Source: Cupriavidus necator (GTDB taxonomy: Bacteria; Pseudomonadota; Gammaproteobacteria; Burkholderiales; Burkholderiaceae). Taken from it: 32,000 nucleotides of DNA. The translations under genes were made by a program, and so were the position numbers. The notes beneath the pieces are model-generated. The model ran no database searches and had not been told where the DNA came from. It worked only from the letters and a program-made list of their open reading frames with translations. Positions 8,271 to 17,304 of this stretch are shown piece by piece; the first letter of the stretch is position 1, and each line of letters starts with the position of its first letter. The stretch is taken from contig NZ_CP066019.1 in NCBI RefSeq assembly GCF_016127575.1, forward strand, positions 600,001 through 632,000, read 5' to 3'.

Positions 8271-9425
8271 ATGAAAGCAGCAGGACTCAAGGTGCTGGTT
8301 GCACCTGACTCGTTCAAAGGCAGCCTCAGCGCGACCGAGGTGGCGGATCGCATCCGCGCCGGCATCCGGCGCGCGGTGCCTGGTGCGGATGTCACCGTGG
8401 CACCGATCGCCGATGGCGGCGAAGGTACCGCCGAAGTCCTGGCGGCCACGCGTGCGGGCGTGTGGGAAGCGGTGGTTGCCACCGATGCCAATGGCGTGCC
8501 AAGGCCGGTGCGGTACTTCCGCGTCCGCACGCAGGAGTTTGGCGAGCTCGCGATCGTCGAGGTGGCTGAAATCGTCGGCCTTCCGCACGCCCTGCTGGCG
8601 CCGGGGCAACGCACGACCAGGGGCATCGGCCATGTCATCCGCGCGCTCGCTGAGCGCAGTGTCGATACCATCGCGATCGGGCTGGGCGGATCTTCCACCA
8701 ATGACGCAGGTGCCGGCCTGCTGGCGGAAACCGGCTTTTGCTTTACCGATGCGCAGGGCAACGCATTGTGGCCAACCCTGGATACGCTGGACGCGATCTG
8801 CGCCGCAACGTATCAGCAGCCTGCGCAGCTTGGCCGGGTCCGGCTGCTGGGCCTGTCCGACGTCAACAATCCGCTCTGCGGGCCAAACGGCGCGACCTTT
8901 GTCTTCGGCCCGCAGAAGGGCGTGCAAGACCTGGCCGCTGCGGATGCCCGGCTGGAACGGTTTGCAACGCGATGCGCCGCCGTGGTCGGGCTGGAGGTTG
9001 CCGATGCGCAAGGCAGCGGCGCCGCCGGCGGCATCGGCTTTGCGTTGCACCTGCTCGGCGCCGAGATCGTTCCCGGCGCGGCCTTTGTGCTGGGTGCTGC
9101 CGGCCTCGATGCAGGGCTCGGCGCCTTCGACTGGGTCATTACCGGCGAGGGACGGTCCGATGCGCAGACCATGATGGGAAAAGGTCCTGCCATGATCGCG
9201 CGCATGGCGCGCCAGGCCGGTGTGCCGGTGACGCTGCTCTCAGGCGCCGTCGAGCCCGATGCCGGACTGGCCGAAGCCTTCGACGGGTGCATCTCGATTC
9301 AGCAGGGGCCGGTATCAATCGGCTTTGCGATGGAGCATGCGGCGGCATTGCTTGAGGATGCTGCGTGCCAGCTTGCGCGCCTGTATGTCGCCGCCAGCCG
9401 GCTGGAAAATCGCCTGGGCGTATAG
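8271..9425 (+). CDS. glxK: Glycerate kinase
   Basis: The family N-terminus is MKAAGLKVLVAPDSFKGSLSATEVA ... PIADGGEGT, and ITGEGRSDAQTMMGK lies near the C-terminus. I chose the ATG at 8271; 8259 is an alternative. Confidence 0.88.
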   Translation: MKAAGLKVLVAPDSFKGSLSATEVADRIRAGIRRAVPGADVTVAPIADGGEGTAEVLAATRAGVWEAVVATDANGVPRPVRYFRVRTQEFGELAIVEVAEIVGLPHALLAPGQRTTRGIGHVIRALAERSVDTIAIGLGGSSTNDAGAGLLAETGFCFTDAQGNALWPTLDTLDAICAATYQQPAQLGRVRLLGLSDVNNPLCGPNGATFVFGPQKGVQDLAAADARLERFATRCAAVVGLEVADAQGSGAAGGIGFALHLLGAEIVPGAAFVLGAAGLDAGLGAFDWVITGEGRSDAQTMMGKGPAMIARMARQAGVPVTLLSGAVEPDAGLAEAFDGCISIQQGPVSIGFAMEHAAALLEDAACQLARLYVAASRLENRLGV

Positions 9426-9455
9426 AAAAAACGGGTCTCCCCACCCGGGGAGACC
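9426..9455 (-). terminator. Rho-independent terminator of the minus-strand Bug gene, possibly bidirectional for glxK
   Basis: The minus-strand RNA reads ggtctcccc gggt ggggagacc cg tttttt (9-bp GC-rich stem plus T6). It lies 20 nt after the Bug stop. On the plus strand the same hairpin follows the glxK stop, with an A-tract before it. Confidence 0.8.
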
Positions 9456-9474
9456 TTCCACGCATCGACGACAC

Positions 9475-10443
9475 TTAGTCCGCGCGAATATTCGATGTCT
9501 TGACCACACGCGACCAGGACGCCAGTTCCTGATCGACGAACTTGCCCAGCTCCTGCGGCCCCATGTAGGCGGCAAAGGCACCTTGTTCCTCGATCTTCTT
9601 CCTGTACGTGTCGCTGGCCACGATCTTCTTCACCTCCTGGGACAAGCGCTCGACGATGGCCGGCGGTGTATTCGCCGGTGCAAACAGTGCAAACCAGGAT
9701 TCCACCTCATACCCTGGCAGCCCAGCCTCCGCGGTGGTCGGCACATTGGGCATGGAGGGATGGCGCTTCGGTCCGGCATAGGCAAGCGCCTTGATCTTGC
9801 CCGCCTGCACATGCCCGATCACGCTCGGCGGGGTCGTGATGAACATGTCGACCTGCCCGCTGATCAGGTCGGTGACCACGGGCCCGGCGCCCTTGTACGG
9901 TACGTGCGTCATCGGCACCCTGGTCTGCCGCGCCAGCATCTCGCCGGCGATATGCTGGATCGAGCCATTGCCGGACGAGGCATAGAACAGGCCCTTGCCA
10001 TTGCTTTTGCCGTAGGTAACCAGTTCGGCTATCGATGTCGCGGGCAGCTTGCCGTTGATGGCGATGACGTGCGGCGCGCGCATGACCAGCGCCACCGGGA
10101 CGAAGCTGGACGGCTTCCAGCGGATCTGCGGGAACAGCGCCGGATTGCCGACGTGGTAGCCGGAATACTGAAGCAGCAGCGTATAGCCGTCCGGCGCGGC
10201 GCGCGCCACGGCTTCGGTGCCGATATTGCCGCTGGCACCGGGCTTGTTGTCCACCACCACGGGCTGGCCAAGCGCGGCCTGCAGTTGTTCGCCGACCAGG
10301 CGGGCAACGATATCGGTGGATCCGGCCGGTGCGCTGGGCACCACCAGGGTGACCGGCTTGGTGGGATAGGCGTTGGTGCTGTGGGCCGGGGCGGCCGCAG
10401 CCAGGGCCGCCAGGGCGGCCGCGGCGATCGTCATGCGTTTCAT
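9475..10443 (-). CDS. Bug-family (TctC-like) substrate-binding protein
   Basis: The protein starts MKRMTIAAAALAALAAAAPAHS (signal peptide), followed by YPTKPVTLVVPSAPAGSTDIVARL ... VDNKPGASG. I chose the ATG at 10443, which has a ggagga RBS. Confidence 0.9.
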   Translation of the reverse strand: MKRMTIAAAALAALAAAAPAHSTNAYPTKPVTLVVPSAPAGSTDIVARLVGEQLQAALGQPVVVDNKPGASGNIGTEAVARAAPDGYTLLLQYSGYHVGNPALFPQIRWKPSSFVPVALVMRAPHVIAINGKLPATSIAELVTYGKSNGKGLFYASSGNGSIQHIAGEMLARQTRVPMTHVPYKGAGPVVTDLISGQVDMFITTPPSVIGHVQAGKIKALAYAGPKRHPSMPNVPTTAEAGLPGYEVESWFALFAPANTPPAIVERLSQEVKKIVASDTYRKKIEEQGAFAAYMGPQELGKFVDQELASWSRVVKTSNIRAD

Positions 10444-10481
10444 GGGTGTCTCCTCCATCGTTTTGCCGGGTTGGCCGATCT

Positions 10482-10868
10482 TCAGTCGACCAGTTCTGAT
10501 ATCTCGATCAGGTTCAGGTCCGGATCGCGCACGTAGACCGAGCGGATCTTCTGCGTTGCGCCGGTGCGCGCCACCGGTCCTTCGACAATGGGCCACTGGC
10601 ATCGCCGAAGATGGGCGATGACGTCGTCGAGCGGGACGGAAGCGATAAAGCAGAGATCGAGTGCGCCGGGAACGGGCAGGTGTGCCTTGGGCTCGAACTC
10701 GGCGCCGCGCTGGTGGAGATTGATCTTCTGGTTGCCGAAGCGGAAGGCCAGGCGACCGTTGCCGAAGGTTTCAGGCTGCATCTGCATGACTTCGGTGTAG
10801 AAGTGCCGCGTGGCTTCGAGGTCAACACAGGTGAGCACCAGATGGTCAAGATGGTCGATCAGGGACAT
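10482..10868 (-). CDS. VOC/glyoxalase-family protein (128 aa)
   Basis: It contains LDHLVLTCVDLEATRHFYTEVMQM ... ALDLCF ... SVYVRDPDLNLIEI, which matches the paired beta-alpha-beta-beta-beta pattern. It lies in the same-strand operon. Confidence 0.8.
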   Translation of the reverse strand: MSLIDHLDHLVLTCVDLEATRHFYTEVMQMQPETFGNGRLAFRFGNQKINLHQRGAEFEPKAHLPVPGALDLCFIASVPLDDVIAHLRRCQWPIVEGPVARTGATQKIRSVYVRDPDLNLIEISELVD

Positions 10869-10887
10869 GATGGTTTCCGGGTGGGTG

Positions 10888-11841
10888 TCAGGGCTGGAAG
10901 GCCCGTTGTTCGGGGATCGCGTCGGCGGCAGGCATCGGATGCAGGTCGAGGCGGCGGCCGGCCTTCAGCAGCTGGCTTGGGACGTCATGGCCGATCAGGC
11001 CAGGCAAGCGCGCGGCGGCATCCAGGATGGCAGCCAGGTCGACGCCGGTGTCGTAGCCGTCCAGTTCAAGCATATGGACGAGTTCTTCGGTGCAGACATT
11101 GCCGGTCGCGCCCGGCGCATACGGGCAGCCACCGAGGCCGCCCAGCGAAGCGTCGAAGCGGTCGATGCCCTGGTCCAGCGCGGCGAGCGCATTGGCCAGC
11201 GCCAGGCCCCGGGTATTGTGGAAATGCAGGGTCAGCGCCAGGCCGGGGAACTGCCGCCGCGCGGCTTGGCACAGCCTCGCGACCTGGGACGGGAACGCCA
11301 TGCCAGTGGTGTCGCACAGCGTCACGCCGTGAGCCCCCAGGTCGGCGAAGCGCTGCATCCAGCCCAGCACGTTTTCCAGCGGCACGTCGCCTTCCATCGG
11401 GCAACCCATCGCGGTCGACAGCGAGATGTTGATCGCGGTCGGCGTCTCCCTCACCACGCGGATGACGTCGGCAAGCTGGGCAAACGATTGCTCGCGCGAC
11501 ATGCGCAGGTTGGTGCGGTTGTGGCTTTCGCTGACCGACATCACCAGGTTGACCTCGTCGACCTGGCAGGAGAGGGCCCGCTCGGCGCCGCGCACATTCG
11601 GCACCAGCACCGTGTAGACCACACCGGGGCGCCGCGCGATGCGATGCATCACCGCTTCCGCGTCGCGCAGCGCGGGAATCGCCTTGGGCGAGGTGAAGGA
11701 AGTCACCTCGATCCTGGCGTAGCCGCATGCGCTCAGCGCGTCGATCAGGGCAACCTTGTCATCGGTCTCGACAAAGCGGGCCTCGTTCTGGAAGCCGTCT
11801 CGCGTGGCGACTTCATGTATGTACACCTTCCTGGCAGTCAT
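10888..11841 (-). CDS. Hydroxymethylglutaryl-CoA lyase family protein
   Basis: It has EVATRDGFQNE (compare EVGPRDGLQNE) and HFHNTRGLALANALAALDQG ... GGLGGCPYAPGATGNVCTEELVHML. The ATG is at 11841. Confidence 0.9.
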   Translation of the reverse strand: MTARKVYIHEVATRDGFQNEARFVETDDKVALIDALSACGYARIEVTSFTSPKAIPALRDAEAVMHRIARRPGVVYTVLVPNVRGAERALSCQVDEVNLVMSVSESHNRTNLRMSREQSFAQLADVIRVVRETPTAINISLSTAMGCPMEGDVPLENVLGWMQRFADLGAHGVTLCDTTGMAFPSQVARLCQAARRQFPGLALTLHFHNTRGLALANALAALDQGIDRFDASLGGLGGCPYAPGATGNVCTEELVHMLELDGYDTGVDLAAILDAAARLPGLIGHDVPSQLLKAGRRLDLHPMPAADAIPEQRAFQP

Positions 11842-11854
11842 GCCGGTCTCCTTG

Positions 11855-13057
11855 TCAGATAATCCCTGCCATGCGCCATGCCTCGCGCTGTGCCGTGCCG
11901 ATGCCAAGGCCTTCCAGCACCGCGTCGGTATGCTGGCCAAGCGCGGGGGCGGGGTTGGGCAGTGCGCCGGGGGTGGCGCTCAGCTTCGGCACGATGCCGG
12001 GCAACTGGACGGGGGTGCCGTCCGGCAATTGCGCGTCCAGGATCATGTCGCGCGCACGGTAGTGCGGATCGCTGGCGATATCGGCGACGTCATAGATCTT
12101 GCCCGCGGGGATGCGGGCGCCATTGAGCGCGTCGAGTGCCGCTTCCAGGCTGCGCTGTGCCGCCCATTCGCCAATGGCGGCGTCGAGCATCGCGACCTGG
12201 CTGACCCGGCCGTCGTTGTGGGCCAGCGCAGGGTCGTCGCGCAGGTCGGGGCGCTCGATCATGTCCATCAGCCGCCTGAAGATGCCATCGCCATTGCCAG
12301 CGATCAGCACATACTTGCCGTCGGCGCAGCGGTACGCATTGGTCGGCGCGATGCCGGGAAGACTGCTGCCGGCCGCCTGCCGCACGGCGCCGAACACCGA
12401 GTATTCCGGCAGCAGGCTCTCCATCATGCTGAACACCGACTCGTACAAGGCCACATCCACGACCTGGCCCTGGCCGCCGTTCTGCTCCCGGTGCCGCAAC
12501 GCCAGCAGGATGCCGATCACACCGTGCAGCGCGGACAGGGAGTCCCCCATCGATACCCCCACGCGCACCGGGGTGCGGCCCGGCTCGCCGCTCAGGTGGC
12601 GCAAGCCGCCCATCGCTTCGCCAATGACGCCGAAGCCCGGCCGGTCGCGATAGGGGCCGGTCTGGCCATAGCCGGACACGCGCAGCATCACCAGCCCGGG
12701 ATTGGCCGCGCACAGGCTGTCCCAGCCCAGGCCCCAGCCTTCCAGCGTGCCCGGGCGGAAGTTCTCGATCAGCACGTCGCTTTGCGCGGCCAGCTTGCGC
12801 ACGACTTCCTGGCCTTGCGGCGTGCGCAGGTCCAGCGTGACCGACTGCTTGTCGCGGGACTGTGCCTCCCACCAGACCGAGGTGCCTTCATGCAACAGCC
12901 GCCACTTGCGCAGCGGATCGCCCGTGCCCGGCGGCTCGACCTTGATCACTTCCGCGCCGAACGCCGCCAGCATGCGCGCGGCAAACGGCCCCGCGATCAG
13001 CTGCCCCAGTTCCAGGACGCGTACGCCGGCAAGGGGCTTTGACTTGCTTGTTTCCAT
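11855..13057 (-). CDS. CaiB/BaiF family III CoA-transferase
   Basis: The N-terminus PLAGVRVLELGQLIAGPFAARMLAAFGAEVIKVEPPGTGDPLR is diagnostic for the family. The ORF is 400 aa and its stop lies 13 nt before the start of the lyase gene. Confidence 0.9.
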   Translation of the reverse strand: METSKSKPLAGVRVLELGQLIAGPFAARMLAAFGAEVIKVEPPGTGDPLRKWRLLHEGTSVWWEAQSRDKQSVTLDLRTPQGQEVVRKLAAQSDVLIENFRPGTLEGWGLGWDSLCAANPGLVMLRVSGYGQTGPYRDRPGFGVIGEAMGGLRHLSGEPGRTPVRVGVSMGDSLSALHGVIGILLALRHREQNGGQGQVVDVALYESVFSMMESLLPEYSVFGAVRQAAGSSLPGIAPTNAYRCADGKYVLIAGNGDGIFRRLMDMIERPDLRDDPALAHNDGRVSQVAMLDAAIGEWAAQRSLEAALDALNGARIPAGKIYDVADIASDPHYRARDMILDAQLPDGTPVQLPGIVPKLSATPGALPNPAPALGQHTDAVLEGLGIGTAQREAWRMAGII

Positions 13058-13335
13058 CTCCAGGCTCCTGCTGTGTGCTGGAGATAGTGGGTCAAAAGCC
13101 GTTGCCTGGTAATCGATGGATTCTCAACCGTCCTTTCCTTACGGGAAAAGGTGGTGCATATTGCCGTACGGGAGCACCACGGCCGGCACAACCCGCCACT
13201 TTGTCGGCTATCCCAGGCGGATCAAGGCCTGCATTGCGCTGCCGGGAGCCGGGCGCGCCGTTTGACAAGGCGCGAGCGGCTTACTAGCCTTTCCTGGCTT
13301 TCAATCCAGTCGGCGCGCGTCGCCAGTGCAATACC

Positions 13336-14253
13336 ATGATCAATCCTGCCCATTTCGATCTCCAGTCCCTGCGCGTCTTCCAGCTGGTGGCCCAATGCGG
13401 CGGGCTGACGCAGGCGGCGAACAAGTCACACATGACGCTGTCGGCCCTGAGCAAACGGATCGCGGATCTTGAGCGCACGGTGGGATGCGCGCTGTTCCTG
13501 CGGGTTCGGCGCGGGCTTGAGCTGACCCCCGCTGGCCATGAGCTGGTCCAGCATGCGCGCATGGTGCTCGACAAGGTCAACCAGATGGCGGGCGAGATGA
13601 GCGACTTCGCCACCGGCGTGCGCGGACACGTCAAGGTCTGGGCCAATACGTCAGCCGTGATCCAGTTCCTTCCGCACGACCTGGCAAGCTTCCTGGCCTC
13701 GCAGCCGATGATCAGGATCAGCCTGGAGGAGCGCCTGAGCCAGGACGTGGTGGTAGCGCTGCTGTCCGGTGAAACCGATATCGGCGTGTTCGCCGACAAC
13801 GTGCCGGCTTATGACATCAGGAAGTCTGTCTATCGGCGTGACCGCCTGGTCGTCCTGGTGCCTGCCGGGCATCCGCTGGCCGGGCGCCCGGAAGTGAGTT
13901 TCGACGAAACCCTGGAGTACGACTTTGTCGGCCTCAACCAGGGCAGCTCGCTGCTGCAGCGCCTGACCGACGCCGCATCGGCACTGGACAAGGTGGTGCG
14001 GCTGAGGATCCAGGTCAGCAGCTTCGATGCGATCTGCCGGATGATCGAGGCCGGCCTGGGCATCGGCGTCCTGCCAGATGGCGCGGTCCGGCCCGAACTG
14101 CTGGGTGCCGGGCTGCATGCCGTCTACCTGTCCGACGCCTGGGCCTCACGCATTCTCTGGCTGGGCGTGAGGGACGAAGCTGGTCTCTTGCCGGAGGCAA
14201 GGACGCTCCTGGAGCATCTGCGTGCAGCGGGCTCTGCCAGCGCGAGTCGCTGA
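13336..14253 (+). CDS. LysR-family transcriptional regulator
   Basis: It contains LQSLRVFQLVAQCGGLTQAANKSHMTLSALSKRIADLERTVGCALFLR. It is divergent from the CoA-transferase operon across a 278-bp intergenic region. Confidence 0.9.
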   Translation: MINPAHFDLQSLRVFQLVAQCGGLTQAANKSHMTLSALSKRIADLERTVGCALFLRVRRGLELTPAGHELVQHARMVLDKVNQMAGEMSDFATGVRGHVKVWANTSAVIQFLPHDLASFLASQPMIRISLEERLSQDVVVALLSGETDIGVFADNVPAYDIRKSVYRRDRLVVLVPAGHPLAGRPEVSFDETLEYDFVGLNQGSSLLQRLTDAASALDKVVRLRIQVSSFDAICRMIEAGLGIGVLPDGAVRPELLGAGLHAVYLSDAWASRILWLGVRDEAGLLPEARTLLEHLRAAGSASASR

Positions 14254-14272
14254 TGACACGGTAGTGCCGTCA

Positions 14273-15760
14273 TCAGATGTCGAAGTAGAGCTGGAATTCC
14301 CACGGGTGTGGCCGCACCTTCAATGTATCGATCTCGCGCGTGCGCTTGTAATCAATCCAGGTCGTGATCAGGTCTTCAGTGAAGACATCCCCCTTGCGCA
14401 GGAACGCTGAATCGGCTTCCAGCGCGCAAAGCGACTCTTCCAGGGAGCCTGGTACCTGCCGGATGCGGGCGGCTTCCTCCGGTGGCAGATCATAGATGTT
14501 CTTGTCGAGCGGGTCGCCGGGGTCCGTCTGGTTTTCAATGCCGTCCAGGCCGGCGAGCAGCATTGCCGAGAAGGCGAGGTAGGCATTGGCCGACGGATCA
14601 GGACAGCGAAATTCAACGCGCCTGGCGCTCGGGGAATCCGAAACCATTGGAATCCGGGCCGCGGCGGACCGGTTGCGCTGCGACATGGCCAGATTGACAG
14701 GCGCCTCGTATCCGGGCACCAGCCGCTTGTAGGAGTTCGTGCTCGGTGCGCAGAATGCCATCAGCGCGGGGGCGTGGCTGAGCAAGCCGCCTATATACCA
14801 ACGGCACATCTGGGACGTCTGCGCCCAACCGTTCTTGTCATAGAAGAGGTTCTCGGCGTCGCGCCAGAGGCTCTGGTGGCAATGCATGCCGCTCGCGTTG
14901 TCGGCAAACAGCGGCTTGGGCATGAAGGTGGCGACCTTGCCGTGGCGGCGCGCAACGTTCTTGCAGATGTACTTGTACATCATCACGTTGTCTGCCATGC
15001 GCATCAGTGGCGCAAAGCGCATGTCGATTTCATTCTGGCCGGCCGTGGCGACCTCATGGTGATGCACTTCGACCTGGATGCCGGCCTGCATCAGCGCGAG
15101 CACGATTTCGGAGCGGATGTCCTGCAGCGTGTCGCTTGGCGGCACGGGAAAGTACCCGCCCTTGTAGCGCTGTTTGTAGCCGAGATTGCCCCCGCCATAG
15201 GCGCCTTCGTCACGGCCCGAGGTCCATTCGCCTTCGGCGGATTCGACATGGTAGTAGCCAGAGTGCTGGTCCTGCCCGAAGCGTATGGAGTCGAAAATAA
15301 AGAATTCCAGTTCGGGGCCAAGGTAGCAAACCGTGGCAAGACCGGTTTGCCGGAGGTACAGCTCGGCCTTGCGTGCGATATGGCGCGGATCGCGCGAGTA
15401 CGGCTGGTGCAGGACAGGGTCCAGCACGTCGCAGATCAGCGCCAGCGTTGGTGCTGCGCAATACGGATCGATGAACGCCGTGGCCGGGTCAGGCCTGACC
15501 AGCATGTCGGACTCGTGGATTTCCTGGAACCCGCGAATGGAAGACCCGTCGAAGCCGATGCCGACAGAGAATAAGTCGTCGTTGACTTCCGGCAGCGTGA
15601 TCGAGAAGTGCTGCCACACGCCGGGCAAGTCGGTGAACCTGAGGTCAACCACCTGGATCGCGTGCGTCCGGATCAGATCGATGACCTCGCCGGGGTTTTG
15701 CGGCGGTACAACGTGATAGCTGCCGGGTTCTATTGAGACCATGCCCATATCCGCCTCCAT
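14273..15760 (-). CDS. glnA: Type I glutamine synthetase (GlnA-like, probably a second copy)
   Basis: By eye it is collinear with E. coli GlnA: VDLRFTD, FDGSSI, GGYFPVPP, HHHEVATAGQNEI, NASGMHCHQSL, NSYKRLVPGYEAP, and the adenylylation-loop-like NIYDLPPEE. The start is uncertain among 15760, 15748 and 15742. The ORF extension to 16048 is rejected. Confidence 0.9.
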   Translation of the reverse strand: MEADMGMVSIEPGSYHVVPPQNPGEVIDLIRTHAIQVVDLRFTDLPGVWQHFSITLPEVNDDLFSVGIGFDGSSIRGFQEIHESDMLVRPDPATAFIDPYCAAPTLALICDVLDPVLHQPYSRDPRHIARKAELYLRQTGLATVCYLGPELEFFIFDSIRFGQDQHSGYYHVESAEGEWTSGRDEGAYGGGNLGYKQRYKGGYFPVPPSDTLQDIRSEIVLALMQAGIQVEVHHHEVATAGQNEIDMRFAPLMRMADNVMMYKYICKNVARRHGKVATFMPKPLFADNASGMHCHQSLWRDAENLFYDKNGWAQTSQMCRWYIGGLLSHAPALMAFCAPSTNSYKRLVPGYEAPVNLAMSQRNRSAAARIPMVSDSPSARRVEFRCPDPSANAYLAFSAMLLAGLDGIENQTDPGDPLDKNIYDLPPEEAARIRQVPGSLEESLCALEADSAFLRKGDVFTEDLITTWIDYKRTREIDTLKVRPHPWEFQLYFDI

Positions 15761-15880
15761 CGTCTGCCCGCAGCCTAGTCCAAGATTAGTCTGTCGGATT
15801 CCGAATGGAAAGTGCCTTACCAACGACGCTGTTGTGGCATCCTTCCATTTCCAAGAAGAAAAAGAAGGGTAGGGGTCAAC

Positions 15881-16171
15881 ATGTATAAGGGCTTGCTGGT
15901 AGTTGCGGCCGCCGCGGCCGCCTTCATCTATTACAAAACGCACGCGCCTTTGGCAAATCCCGTTGCCCAGGCCGAGCCACAGCAGATCGAGGCTCCAGCA
16001 GTGGCAGCCACGGCGGAACCGGCATTCCGCTGCGAGGGCAAACAGCACTGCAGCCAGATGGCATCCTGCGCGGAAGCGCGCTTCTATCTGAAAAACTGCC
16101 CGGCGGTAAAGATGGATGGGGACGGCGACGGTATTCCATGTGAGACGCCGCCCCTCCAGTGCATGTTTTGA
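15881..16171 (+). CDS. Excalibur calcium-binding domain protein (small, with an N-terminal hydrophobic anchor or signal)
   Basis: It has the hydrophobic N-terminus MYKGLLVVAAAAAAFIYY. The C-terminal C...C AEARFYLKNCPAVKMDGDGDGIPCE matches the Excalibur DxDxDGxxCE motif. Confidence 0.75.
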   Translation: MYKGLLVVAAAAAAFIYYKTHAPLANPVAQAEPQQIEAPAVAATAEPAFRCEGKQHCSQMASCAEARFYLKNCPAVKMDGDGDGIPCETPPLQCMF

Positions 16172-16251
16172 CGTGCCGCTTGCTGTCCGACACCGGAACC
16201 ACGCAATGCGTCATGTGACCGACCGGCACGGGCCGCCACGAAGTCAATGGC

Positions 16252-17160
16252 TCAGCTTGCCCGATCATCGATCACCTGCTGCAGCGCCTGCACGAATTGC
16301 CTGACTGCTGGCGTCGCTACCTCCTCGTCGAACGCGAATTCCACGTCGAAGCGGTCAGCGACCTCAGGCAGTGGCACCAGCCGCACGGTCGGCGGACAGA
16401 CGGTTGACAGGCTTGCGGGGACAAACGCGCAACCCATCCCCGCCGAAACCAGACCGAGCACGGTCGGGATGTCGCTGCCCACCTGGGCCACGCGAGGCGA
16501 GAAGCCGGCGCGCTCACACTGCGTCATCAGGAAGCGATGCTGGGACGAGGACCGCGCCGGATCGAACCAGACGAAGGGCAGATCCGCCACGTCCGCCAGT
16601 CGTTTCGGCTGCTTGTGGCGGGCGGTCTGCGATGAAGGCATGGCCAATACGAAGCGGTCGCTGAGCAACACGATGCCAGTCAGATGCGGCGCCTCATGCC
16701 GACGCCAGGCCATGATGCCGCCATCCACCTGCCTGTTCCGGATCGCGGCAATCTGCTCCGTCGACAGCATCGGGTCCACCAGGACCTTGACTTCCGGGCA
16801 CGCTATCCGGAAGGCCCGGAGCACCTCCGTCACGACGGCTGAACTCAGGTAGTTCGGCAACACACCAAGGCGCAGCTCGCCGAGCTGCCCGGCGGCGCAA
16901 CGCAGGGCGCGATCGCGGCTGGCTTGCAGGTTTGCCAGAAGTTGTGTGGCATCCCTCAGGAAGCTCTCGCCCGCCACGGTGAGTTGCACGCCCCTTGCCT
17001 TGCGCGCCAGCAGTGGCGTACCGATGGCCGCCTCAAGTTCGATGATTTGCCGCGACAGGGCTGGCTGGACAATGCCGACGGCACGGGCGCCCGCCACCAC
17101 GCTGCCGGCCTGCGCTACCGCGATGAAGTAGCGAAGATGCCGCAATTCAATGTTCCGCAT
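16252..17160 (-). CDS. LysR-family transcriptional regulator
   Basis: It starts MRNIELRHLRYFIAVAQAGSVVAGARAVGIVQPALSRQIIELEAAIGTPLLAR. The ATG is at 17160. It is divergent from the dehydratase gene. Confidence 0.9.
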   Translation of the reverse strand: MRNIELRHLRYFIAVAQAGSVVAGARAVGIVQPALSRQIIELEAAIGTPLLARKARGVQLTVAGESFLRDATQLLANLQASRDRALRCAAGQLGELRLGVLPNYLSSAVVTEVLRAFRIACPEVKVLVDPMLSTEQIAAIRNRQVDGGIMAWRRHEAPHLTGIVLLSDRFVLAMPSSQTARHKQPKRLADVADLPFVWFDPARSSSQHRFLMTQCERAGFSPRVAQVGSDIPTVLGLVSAGMGCAFVPASLSTVCPPTVRLVPLPEVADRFDVEFAFDEEVATPAVRQFVQALQQVIDDRAS

Positions 17161-17174
17161 ACCGTTTCCGCCCA

Positions 17175-17194
17175 TTCATTTCCATACTCATGAA
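17175..17194. promoter_or_regulatory. Candidate LysR operator (TTCAT-N10-ATGAA dyad)
   Basis: The dyad ttcatttccatactcatgaa lies 15 nt upstream of the LysR start, in the 144-bp divergent region. This is pattern only. Confidence 0.3.
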
Positions 17195-17304
17195 GCATAG
17201 CTAGGCTACCTAAATAACATTGGTTTGCATAGCTTCCTGCGACTACGATGGCGCAGCTTCCCGCGTTGCGGGGACGGCTCGCTTTCCACATTTCGCTACC
17301 AAAC

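Noticed and set aside
7151-8761. A 536-aa minus-strand ORF.
   Set aside because: It is antisense to the glycerate dehydrogenase and glycerate kinase genes, which have clear family motifs. Its composition is Arg/Ala/Pro-rich with no recognisable domain.
15761-15880. A sigma-54 (-24/-12) promoter or NtrC sites upstream of the glutamine synthetase paralog. The candidate is aggcac-N5-attcg on the minus strand, plus an imperfect aatggaaagtgcc / ggcatccttccatt inverted repeat.
   Set aside because: The -24 GGCAC-like element has no properly spaced -12 GC. The inverted repeat is imperfect. This is not enough to call a promoter or an enhancer.
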